44,975 nt of DNA, taken from contig JBGGMJ010000206.1 in NCBI GenBank assembly GCA_041288095.1, forward strand, positions 1 through 44,975. Reading direction: 5' to 3'. The first letter of the stretch is position 1. Each line of letters starts with the position of its first letter. This DNA comes from Myxococcota bacterium (lineage in GTDB: Bacteria > Myxococcota > XYA12-FULL-58-9 > JALHOP01). A program made the translations under genes and the position numbers. The notes under the pieces were generated by a model. The model worked only from the letters and a program-made list of their open reading frames with translations. It was not told the DNA's origin and made no database searches. Positions 8,637 to 16,793 of the stretch are shown here, piece by piece.

Positions 8637-9524
8637 ATGAGACATCACGACGTCGTTGCCCTCGGTGGTTCATTCGGGGCGATAGACGCCGTGCAAAAGG
8701 TGATCTCGGAGCTCCCCGCGGATTTCGCGGCCGCGGTCCTGGTCGCCATTCATCTGGGCGCGGACAGCCCCGGCGCGATTGGGCGCATTCTCGGGGTAGG
8801 GGCGCGCCTGCCGGTGAGCTTGGCCGTCGATGCCACGCACATGCAGCACGGCCACGTCTACGTCGCGCCGGCGAATCATCACTTGCTGCTTATCGGCGAC
8901 ACGATCCGGCTCGGAAAGGGCCCGCGCGAGAACATGTCGCGGCCGGCGGTGGACCCACTCTTTCGTTCCGTCGCCATGAGCGCTGGGTCGCGCGCCATCG
9001 GCGTCGTGATGACGGGTCTGCTCGACGACGGGGCTTCGGGTCTCGCCGACATCAAACGCTTCGGTGGCTACACCGTGGTGCAAGCGCCGAGTGACGCCAT
9101 CGCCCCTGACATGCCGCTCGCGGCGATGCGGGCGACCGACGTCGACCATAGCGTGCCGGCGGCGGAGCTCGCGAGGCTCCTGGTGGAGCTAGTGGCTCGT
9201 CCCGCGGGAGGGTCGACTGCTATAACGGACAGGATTAGACTCGAGGTCAAGATCGCGATGGGGAGCTCGGTCACCGCGGCGACCATCGCCGAGATCGCCG
9301 GCGAGTCGCTCCTGGTGAGCAAGGAGACGTCCGTCGATGAGGCGCTGCGTGTCGCCTTGCGCATCGTCGAGGAGCGGGCGGTGCTCTCCGAGAAGATGGC
9401 GGCTCAGGCACGCCGGAATGGCCATGCGAGCTCGGCCCAGGGCTACGATGAACGATCGAAGGAGCATCGACTGCACGCCGAAGTGCTGCGCAAGGCAGCT
9501 CTCGCCTCCAACTCGGATGCATGA
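8637..9524 (+). CDS. Stand-alone CheB-type methylesterase with helical C-terminal extension
   Basis: GGSFG (Ser), IHLG (His), RPAVDPLFRS, TGLLDDG (Asp); no receiver domain. Confidence 0.88.
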   Translation: MRHHDVVALGGSFGAIDAVQKVISELPADFAAAVLVAIHLGADSPGAIGRILGVGARLPVSLAVDATHMQHGHVYVAPANHHLLLIGDTIRLGKGPRENMSRPAVDPLFRSVAMSAGSRAIGVVMTGLLDDGASGLADIKRFGGYTVVQAPSDAIAPDMPLAAMRATDVDHSVPAAELARLLVELVARPAGGSTAITDRIRLEVKIAMGSSVTAATIAEIAGESLLVSKETSVDEALRVALRIVEERAVLSEKMAAQARRNGHASSAQGYDERSKEHRLHAEVLRKAALASNSDA

Positions 9525-9567
9525 ATAGCGATTTGCCTCCGGCGTCGATCCTGTTGCTAGATGGGCC

Positions 9568-10311
9568 ATGCGTCCACTCGTTCTCGTTCTTGCTCTCATC
9601 GCCGCCGATGACCGCTACGGTTTCACCGGCGAGCACCTCACCGAGGCCGCGTTCAACAGTGTGAGATCCGGCTTGTTCTTGCCCCAGCCAACCAAAGAGC
9701 TGCGAGCGCTGCCGGCCGAGGCGCGTGCCACCGCGGTGACGACGCTCGGCAAGGCGGTACGCGGTATCGTCGAGTCGCAGGCGTTCAAGGACCGCTATCG
9801 GGCGTACGTAGCGCAGCAGCGGCCGAAGGCGCCGCAACCGAAGCGGACCTACGACCAGGTGATCGCCGAAGTGAAGAAGCAAGTCGCCGAGCAGAAGGCG
9901 GCCGCGGAGAAGAGCCTGGCTCAAGTGGAAGCGACACAGCGCAAGCAGCTTCGAGCCAAGATGGATGAGGCGTACGCCGCGCAGCTCGAGCTCTACAAGG
10001 ACCGCGAGATGGTCGAGATGATGGAGACCCAGCGGGTCGTCGGCGAGCAGATGATGTACGACGAAGCGCTGAAGCGCTTTCCGGACGACCTCACTGTCAG
10101 GTTGCGCGAGGTCCTGGCGAAGTTCCTCGCCGACACCGACGGCGTGGACTACGCCGCTAAAACCGTGCCCAAAGACGGCAAGCAGAAGTTCGCGAACGTT
10201 GCTTACGAGGGCAAGAACGGCACCTGGAAGGCCGCTTACCGCGCGGGTAAACCGGCGACCGAGGCGGCACGCGCTTTTGCGCGCGAGTGGATGAGCGCCC
10301 TAGGCAAGTAA
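9568..10311 (+). CDS. Hypothetical exported helical protein
   Basis: Hydrophobic N-terminus MRPLVLVLALIAA; typical codon usage; charged coiled-coil-like middle. Confidence 0.75.
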   Translation: MRPLVLVLALIAADDRYGFTGEHLTEAAFNSVRSGLFLPQPTKELRALPAEARATAVTTLGKAVRGIVESQAFKDRYRAYVAQQRPKAPQPKRTYDQVIAEVKKQVAEQKAAAEKSLAQVEATQRKQLRAKMDEAYAAQLELYKDREMVEMMETQRVVGEQMMYDEALKRFPDDLTVRLREVLAKFLADTDGVDYAAKTVPKDGKQKFANVAYEGKNGTWKAAYRAGKPATEAARAFAREWMSALGK

Positions 10312-10357
10312 CATCCGCATGAATAGCTTGTGACAGTCCTCAGGGGGAGAGGTCACA

Positions 10358-11356
10358 ATGAACTTGCACGGAGTGTCGCTCGACTCCGAACAGAGGCGTG
10401 TATTCGGTGAGGCGCCTCTCATCGGCTCGCATTCGCTCCACCAGCTCGAGCTCTTCTCGGACGACGAGCTCGCAGCGCTCCTCGACCGACATCCGCGCGA
10501 GCACGTCTACGCCTTGACCATGGGCAGCGACCCCATGCGGTGGGACGAGAACCGTTTGGCGTTGCACGACGGCCTTTCCGGCCATCAGCTCCTCGACGCC
10601 GTGAAGCGCGGACGGCTTTGGCTCAACATCAAGCGCGTCGACGAGCACGAGCCCGAATACGCGCGCATCGTCCGCGAGCTCTACGGTCAGCTCGCCGCGC
10701 AGGTGCCGGGCTTCGAGGTCGAGCAGGTGAAGACGACGCTGCTCATCTCGTCGCCGCGGGCGCTGGTCTACTACCACGTCGACGGCGCGCCTTCGTTGCT
10801 CTGGCATCTGCGCGGGGAGAAACGCGTCTGGATGTACCCGGCGCTGGACGAGCGCTTCATCAGTCGCGAGCTACTCGAGGACATCCACGCGGGCGTTGCG
10901 CACGAGTACGTGCCCTACGAGCCGCACTTCGACAACCACGCGCAGGTGAAGGTGCTCGAGCCCGGGCAGTTCGCGAGCTGGCCGCAAAATGCTCCGCATC
11001 GCGTCACCAACCTCGATTCATTCAACGTCTCGCTCAATACCGAGCACTACACAGCGGCGAGCCGGCGGCGTGCGCGGGTCTACAGCGCCAATCGGTTTTT
11101 GCGGACACATTTGCACCTGCCCGACCTGGCGACGAAAGATCATGGGCTGCGCGCATTCGCCAAATCGGTGCTGCACCGCGCCGCCAGCATGGCGGGCCTC
11201 GACAAGCGCCAGACCAAGCGTCACGTGCCGACGATGCGGGTCGACCCGACGGCGCCGCTCTGCGTGCGGCCGCTGCTCGAGACCAAGCCGCCCGTCGAGA
11301 AGCGGCAGCGTAAGCGCGCGAGCGCGGTGGCGACGGCGACACGGAGGAGCTCATGA
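10358..11356 (+). CDS. JmjC/cupin-like Fe(II)/2-oxoglutarate oxygenase
   Basis: HxD...H triad (YYHVD...PQNAPHRV), LRGEKRVW, LEPGQ; GGAGAGG RBS. Confidence 0.85.
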   Translation: MNLHGVSLDSEQRRVFGEAPLIGSHSLHQLELFSDDELAALLDRHPREHVYALTMGSDPMRWDENRLALHDGLSGHQLLDAVKRGRLWLNIKRVDEHEPEYARIVRELYGQLAAQVPGFEVEQVKTTLLISSPRALVYYHVDGAPSLLWHLRGEKRVWMYPALDERFISRELLEDIHAGVAHEYVPYEPHFDNHAQVKVLEPGQFASWPQNAPHRVTNLDSFNVSLNTEHYTAASRRRARVYSANRFLRTHLHLPDLATKDHGLRAFAKSVLHRAASMAGLDKRQTKRHVPTMRVDPTAPLCVRPLLETKPPVEKRQRKRASAVATATRRSS

Positions 11357-12735
11357 GTGCACAGATCACGACCGAGACAGTAGGGCGGCCCAGGCGCGCA
11401 CGGCGGGCGAACAAGCAAGCGGCCAGCGTCGTCGTGCTTGGCAGCTCCGTGTGGGGCGTCCGCGTCGTCAATACCATCAACGAGCTGCGCGTCTTGGCGC
11501 CGCAGCTGCGCATGGTGCATGCGCAATCCGCGTCGCGCTCTCCATTCAGCACCTTCGACTTCATCGAAACCTACGCCCGCTACAACGAGTACTTCCCAGA
11601 GCCCGGCAGCCTCGATCTGTGCGTCGCGTGCGCATTTTCCGGCAACGAGCTCGTGGGCTACGTGGCGCTCAAGCGCGTCCGCGATCACGTCGGACCCGTG
11701 GGCTACACGAAGCTCGAGTTCCTTTGCACCCACGATAGCGAGCTGCCGGAAATCGTGGCGCGTGCCGGCGACGAGGAGCGCGTCAGTACCGTGCTGATCG
11801 AGTATCTGCTCGAGCACGAGCCGGGCTTCGCGATGCTCGAGCTCAAGGAGCAACGCGCGGGGTCGCCTATCTTGACCAACTCCCTGGGGTCGTCCGCGTT
11901 CTCCGGCTTTTACGCGCGGACTTTCGCCAGCCTCGACGTCGCCACCGTCAACATTCGCTGGTCGACGCTCGCCGACTATTTCTGGGACTTCAACAAGAAG
12001 TTCCGCTCGAACGTCAGCCGCCAAGTGCGCAAGCTCGCGGCTCTCGACGATGTCGAGCTCCTTTCGGCGCGGCATCCCGCGGATCTCGAACCGATCTTCG
12101 AGCTCTACCTCGACCTCGAGCGACGCAGCTGGAAGGCTCAAGCGGACGGCGTCATCGGCCGGCATCCAAAGCGCGTCGCTTTCTTCCGCGACCTCGTCGC
12201 CAAGGCGGCGCCGTTCGAGCTCTCCTTCGACATTCTCTGTGTCCGTGGCTTGCCGATCGCCGGCATCGTCAATGGGCGACACGAGCGGAACCTCTACGCT
12301 CTTCAGATCGTCTACGACGAGGACTTCCGCGATAACGGCCCAGGCGTGCTGATGTTGTTGTGGTCGATGAAGCGCGCCATCGAGCAGAAGCTCAGCGCAT
12401 ACCACCTGCTGCACGGTTCGGCGTATTACAAGACACGCTGGCTCGCCGACGTCACCAGCACCGAGAGCATGCAATACTTTCGGGTCGGCACCGCGGCGCA
12501 CCTGCGTGCGCGTCTGGGCGAAGCGCGACGATGGATGGGCTCGTTGCAGCCCGAGGCGTTCGCCGCCTTGAAGTACAACCTCGACAAGCGGCGCGTGTTG
12601 ACTCAGAGCCGCCCGGCATTGTCCGCTGAAGCGCACGAGACATCGCGCGCTCTGGTCAACCGGGTCAAGCAGATGCCCGGCACTGTCGTAAACGACGGCG
12701 CGGCGATCGCCGCCGCCATGCCATTCCAGGTTTGA
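11353..12735 (+). CDS. GNAT-fold (CelD/BcsL, FemAB-like) acyl or aminoacyl transferase
   Basis: NKKFRSNVSRQVRKL, YDEDFRDNGPGVLML, GSAYYKTRW; ATGA overlap with the JmjC gene. Confidence 0.8.
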   Translation: MSAQITTETVGRPRRARRANKQAASVVVLGSSVWGVRVVNTINELRVLAPQLRMVHAQSASRSPFSTFDFIETYARYNEYFPEPGSLDLCVACAFSGNELVGYVALKRVRDHVGPVGYTKLEFLCTHDSELPEIVARAGDEERVSTVLIEYLLEHEPGFAMLELKEQRAGSPILTNSLGSSAFSGFYARTFASLDVATVNIRWSTLADYFWDFNKKFRSNVSRQVRKLAALDDVELLSARHPADLEPIFELYLDLERRSWKAQADGVIGRHPKRVAFFRDLVAKAAPFELSFDILCVRGLPIAGIVNGRHERNLYALQIVYDEDFRDNGPGVLMLLWSMKRAIEQKLSAYHLLHGSAYYKTRWLADVTSTESMQYFRVGTAAHLRARLGEARRWMGSLQPEAFAALKYNLDKRRVLTQSRPALSAEAHETSRALVNRVKQMPGTVVNDGAAIAAAMPFQV

Positions 12736-12744
12736 CGGAGAAAC

Positions 12745-13986
12745 GTGGCCACAGACCTTCCAAGCTCGCCGCCGGTCGCCGTCTTCGATGCCGATGCACC
12801 CCCGGCTCTGGCGTTCGTCCGCTCGATCGGACGCATGGGAGCGCCGGTCCATGTTTACGGCTCGGGACGGTTCGGGGTTGCGAGCCTGTCCCGCTACGCC
12901 ACCGAGAGCCGCCCGTCACCCCCGGTCGAAGACGCATCGCGGTTCCTGCCTTTCCTCGTCGAGCAGCTCGAGCGCGGCGCTATCGAGCTCATTGCGCCGA
13001 CCTCGGATCTGCTCGCGTTCTACCTGGCTTGCGTCTACGACCTTTTGGGGCCGCGGATGCGCGCCGTGCTGCCGACACGCGAGGCGATCCTCGACGTCCT
13101 CTTGAAGGACCGCTTTCACGCGCGTTGTCAGGCGCTCGGACAGGCGACGCCCAAGACGCTTTGCCCGACGTCGCTCGGCGAAGCGATGGACCTCGCTCAG
13201 GATATCGCCTGGCCGGTGATCTTGAAGCCGCGCTCGCATGTGGGAGTCGGGCTCGCGCGGGGGGTGCTGGTGAGCGACCGCGACGAGCTGGCCCGCGAGT
13301 TCAAGCCCTATCCCATCCACGCCGGGAACCTCCCCATCCTCGAGCACGCGCCGGACGTTCGCTGGCCGATGGTTCAGGAGTACGTGCCGGACGCGCTGCA
13401 GAACCTCTATTCAGTGAGCGGGGTGATCGACACGGACGGGCGCGTGGTCGCCTGCGCGAGCTCGCGCAAGAGCACACAGTGGCCGCCCAACCTGGGCGTC
13501 GGCACGTCGTTCAGCGCCCATGACGACGAGCGCGTCCGCGACCTGGGCGTCAAGCTGGCCGGCGCAATCTTGGGTAGGGGCATCTTCGAGATCGAGCTGA
13601 TCTACGACCGCCGTCATGATGCCTACATCGCCATCGACCTCAATCCGCGGGCCTTCGGGCAGATCGCGCTCGACATCGCACGCGGCAACGACTTGCCGAG
13701 CCTGTGGTATCGGCTGGCCAATGGCGAGGAGGTCGCGGCATGCGCTTCGCCCGAGGACGACGTTCGCTGGGTGCACGCTATCCCGTACCATTTGGGACAG
13801 TGGATAGGCGTCGTCACCGGGCCGGCCCGCCTGGAGCGCCTGTCTGTCTATGTCGACACCCTGAAGCACCGGCATATCGACGTTGTCCTCGATAGCAGCG
13901 ATCCGCTGCCCGCTATTGCGTTCACCGCCAAGATGCTCCGTCATCCCGGAGGCCTGGTGCGGCCGTTCCTCAGCTCCCGTAGCTGA
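12745..13986 (+). CDS. ATP-grasp carboxylate-amine ligase (D-aspartate-ligase-like)
   Basis: WPVILKPR, MVQEYVP, GIFEIELIYD...IDLNPR; GGAG RBS before GTG. Confidence 0.88.
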   Translation: MATDLPSSPPVAVFDADAPPALAFVRSIGRMGAPVHVYGSGRFGVASLSRYATESRPSPPVEDASRFLPFLVEQLERGAIELIAPTSDLLAFYLACVYDLLGPRMRAVLPTREAILDVLLKDRFHARCQALGQATPKTLCPTSLGEAMDLAQDIAWPVILKPRSHVGVGLARGVLVSDRDELAREFKPYPIHAGNLPILEHAPDVRWPMVQEYVPDALQNLYSVSGVIDTDGRVVACASSRKSTQWPPNLGVGTSFSAHDDERVRDLGVKLAGAILGRGIFEIELIYDRRHDAYIAIDLNPRAFGQIALDIARGNDLPSLWYRLANGEEVAACASPEDDVRWVHAIPYHLGQWIGVVTGPARLERLSVYVDTLKHRHIDVVLDSSDPLPAIAFTAKMLRHPGGLVRPFLSSRS

Positions 13987-14025
13987 TTTCTGGAATGGTG
14001 GGTTGACCACGGGTATTCATTCCAG

Positions 14026-14667
14026 GTGCACATCCGCGCTTGTTTCGCCGCCGTTCTCCTCGTCGCGAGCAACGCTTCCGCGGCCAAGGAAGCCACCGGC
14101 CCACTGAGCCCGCGTGAGCGTCGGGTCTACGACGGTGGCCAGTGTGAGTCGTTCCGCAACCTGCTCGCCGATGCCACCAAGGGCGAGCCGCCGGAGGCCA
14201 TCGACCAAGCGATCAATGCCATTCGCCGGCCCGATGCCGAGTCGCCGTCGCAATGGCAGACGTGCATGACGATGGCGATCCGCGACCGTGCCGCTTACAA
14301 GGCCCGCCTCGTCGAGAGCGAAGCCGTGAAGCAGATCGAGACGTTCGGCGAGTCGATGGCTCGGGTCTACGAGAGCACCGGGAAGCTTTGCGGCACGACG
14401 ACCGCGGCGCCCGCGAGCGTAACGCTGATGGCCAAGGGGCCCTACGGCGTCAAGGAGGGCGATTGGGACGCGACCTGGGAGTGCGTGGGCTCACCGATGC
14501 TCAACTCGCAGCGCTTCCAGTACCAAATCACCGTCGACCAGAAGAAACGCAGCTTCACCATCACCGCGCGTGGTTACCCGGCGGGCGACGGCAAGGTTCG
14601 TACGCTCACGCGGACAGGCAAGGTCGAGGGCAGCGCCGTCAAGCTCGGCGAGCTCCAGCGAAAGTAG
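14026..14667 (+). CDS. Secreted protein with a C-terminal type IV pilin-like domain
   Basis: Sec-type signal (FAAVLLVASNASA-A). AYKARLVESEAVKQI and W-x-C...FQYQI...FTITARGYPAGDG resemble deltaproteobacterial pilin heads. Confidence 0.6.
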   Translation: MHIRACFAAVLLVASNASAAKEATGPLSPRERRVYDGGQCESFRNLLADATKGEPPEAIDQAINAIRRPDAESPSQWQTCMTMAIRDRAAYKARLVESEAVKQIETFGESMARVYESTGKLCGTTTAAPASVTLMAKGPYGVKEGDWDATWECVGSPMLNSQRFQYQITVDQKKRSFTITARGYPAGDGKVRTLTRTGKVEGSAVKLGELQRK

Positions 14668-14669
14668 GG

Positions 14670-15107
14670 CTAGCGGAAGGTCAGCTGCTGGATGGCCGCG
14701 ATGATATCGCCGCGCTTCTCCTTGAGCAGGGCGCCCTCGCCGGCGGCTTCGACGATGACGATGTCGTCACCAGCGACGAACACGGCGACCGCGTAGCCGT
14801 AATCCTTGTTACCCAAGGGGGCGGCGAGCTCGATCAGGTGGCCGTCGACGGTGCCCGCTTTCACCGGCTCCCCGCCGATCACCAGATAGCCGGCGTCACT
14901 CATTCGCTTGGTGAGCGCCTCGCGCCAGAAGGGCAGGCCGGCCTCGGGGGCGTTGTCCTCGCTGCGTACGCGATAGACGACACCGTCGGAGCTCACGGCG
15001 CGATAGTCGGCGCCGTCGTCGTACACCGCGAAGCCCTTCGGTGCCTGGGCCTCGAAGCTGCCGCAGGCGGCGAGCGTTAGCAGCGTTACCAAGAGACTAG
15101 TCTTCAT
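14670..15107 (-). CDS. Small lipoprotein of unknown function
   Basis: Lipobox LAAC; last gene of an overlapping operon. Confidence 0.8.
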   Translation of the reverse strand: MKTSLLVTLLTLAACGSFEAQAPKGFAVYDDGADYRAVSSDGVVYRVRSEDNAPEAGLPFWREALTKRMSDAGYLVIGGEPVKAGTVDGHLIELAAPLGNKDYGYAVAVFVAGDDIVIVEAAGEGALLKEKRGDIIAAIQQLTFR

Positions 15108-15678
15108 ACTGGAAAGCCTGGATGAGGTCGGCGAGGTTCACCGTGTTGATCCACTTGAACGAGGAGTGCCCGTCGCGAGCCGGTGTCGCTCGGTCGCGGA
15201 TCTGAAAGCTCACCGTGAGTTGGGCGAACGCAAGCTGGTGCTCGGCGAGCTTGAGCGCCCCTTTCATGGCTTCGATCTCTTGCACCAGCCGCGTCGCCTC
15301 GCGCTCGATCGAGACGACTCCGTCGCTGCTGGCCTTCGCCAAAGCGTCGACGTAGCGCTGCAGGAGCTGCTCGCGCGCCGCGATGATGGCGCGGTTGTTC
15401 TCGACCTGGGCCGCGAGATCCTGCGTCGTCATCTGACGGTTCACGAGCATGCCTTGGCTTATGGCGAACGCATCCAGCTCGGCGAGCTTGGCCTGCGGCA
15501 CCCGCAGGTCGACCGCTTCGTCGCTGCGCGCCGTGAAGTAACCTCCGAGCTCGTCTGCTTTGGCGGCGATGGCATCGGACGCCTTGGTCCGGTCCAGCAC
15601 CTTGATGGTCAGCACCGCGTGACGCGCGACCTGCGGCTCTTGGGTGACGAACAGCGCGGCGATGAGCAGCGGCATCAT
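15097..15678 (-). CDS. DUF4349-like exported protein
   Basis: Signal-like N-terminus; LGGY...LRVP...QDL...coiled coil...FAQLTVSF pattern. Confidence 0.75.
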   Translation of the reverse strand: MMPLLIAALFVTQEPQVARHAVLTIKVLDRTKASDAIAAKADELGGYFTARSDEAVDLRVPQAKLAELDAFAISQGMLVNRQMTTQDLAAQVENNRAIIAAREQLLQRYVDALAKASSDGVVSIEREATRLVQEIEAMKGALKLAEHQLAFAQLTVSFQIRDRATPARDGHSSFKWINTVNLADLIQAFQYED

Positions 15679-16793
15679 GTTTCACCTCGCTCGACGGTGG
15701 CTTTGACGCCGGGGCCGTAACGTTCTTCCAGCTCCGGGCTCGGATAGTAAATCTCGACGACCTGAAGGTCATCGTCGTCCGCCATGACGCCCACGAGATA
15801 GCGGTACTTTTCGTCGACCATGCGCACGAAGGAGAACCTACCGATGCTCACTTCTTCGACGCTCGGATAGTCCTTGGCGAGGCGCGCCTTGAGCGCGGCG
15901 ATCCAGAAGGACGTGTCGCCATGCGGCTCGTTCTCTTGTTTGCTCGTCCACACGGTGACGCCGTCGGCGCTCTCGGCGACCCAGACGTCATCGGTGTCGT
16001 CCTCGTCGAGCACGACCATGTCCTTGGGCGCTTCGAGCTCGAGCGTGTCGCCTCGCCGGGCGACGGTGCGGCTCACCGGAGATAGCTCGTGAATCCAACG
16101 GAAGGCCGCGAGCTCGTCGACGGGTGAGGTCGAGTGCGGCTGCCGCGGCACGGCTTCGACGGTGATGCGGGAGAACACCGCGAGCTGCTGCAGGGTGCGC
16201 ACTTGCACCTCGAGGGCCACGACCTGCTCCGTCAGGCGCTGGATCTCGCGGAGCAGACCGATCTTCTGCTGCTCGTTGGCGCCGGGGAGGAGGTCGACCA
16301 AGCGGTCGCGGCTGGCGCGCAGGGTCTTCAAGCGCAGCTCGGCCGCGAGAAACGCGTTGGTGATGTCGGCGGCCTTGAGCGAGCGCGCGAGGACGTCGCC
16401 GAGTCCCAGCACCTGCGCGTAGACCTCGCGAATCGACGCTACCGGCACGCGCAGATTGACGGTGTTGCCGGCTCGCGACTCGACGTACCCCTTGGCGCCT
16501 TCGGCGATGCGCACCGCCGCATCGAGCGTCTCCTCGGGCGAGGTCACCTTGAGCTTGGCGTAGCCGTCATAGTGGACCATGCGCGGTTGCTTGGCGACCG
16601 CGGGCTTGGCTGGGGGAGCCTCCTCTTCCATCGGCATCGCGGCGCCCGAGTAGTCCGCTGGAGCAGACTTGGAGTCCGCGGCCACCACCTCTGACGGCGC
16701 GTAAGAGGCGGTGTATTTGTGCGCGCAAGCGGTCGTGGCCAGAAGGCCGACGAGCACCAGGCGTTTCTCGATAGGAATCGACATGGGACTCAT
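15675..16793 (-). CDS. DUF4349-like lipoprotein with an extra C-terminal domain
   Basis: LATTAC lipobox-like; KGYVES...LRVP...DITNAF...FSRITVE. ATG at 16793 overlaps the WYL gene stop (TGATG); alternative start 16784. Confidence 0.78.
   Translation of the reverse strand: MSPMSIPIEKRLVLVGLLATTACAHKYTASYAPSEVVAADSKSAPADYSGAAMPMEEEAPPAKPAVAKQPRMVHYDGYAKLKVTSPEETLDAAVRIAEGAKGYVESRAGNTVNLRVPVASIREVYAQVLGLGDVLARSLKAADITNAFLAAELRLKTLRASRDRLVDLLPGANEQQKIGLLREIQRLTEQVVALEVQVRTLQQLAVFSRITVEAVPRQPHSTSPVDELAAFRWIHELSPVSRTVARRGDTLELEAPKDMVVLDEDDTDDVWVAESADGVTVWTSKQENEPHGDTSFWIAALKARLAKDYPSVEEVSIGRFSFVRMVDEKYRYLVGVMADDDDLQVVEIYYPSPELEERYGPGVKATVERGET

Noticed and set aside
3886..9524. Chemotaxis operon
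   Set aside because: No cheA, cheW, cheY or MCP genes in the locus.
10305..10358. Integron attC-like site after a TAAC stop
   Set aside because: No RYYYAAC/GTTRRRY pair and no integrase in the window.
11221..12852. 543-aa minus-strand ORF (similarly 17755-19299, 29276-30778 and 38806-40353)
   Set aside because: Antisense to well-supported genes and without motifs; long shadow ORFs are expected at high GC.
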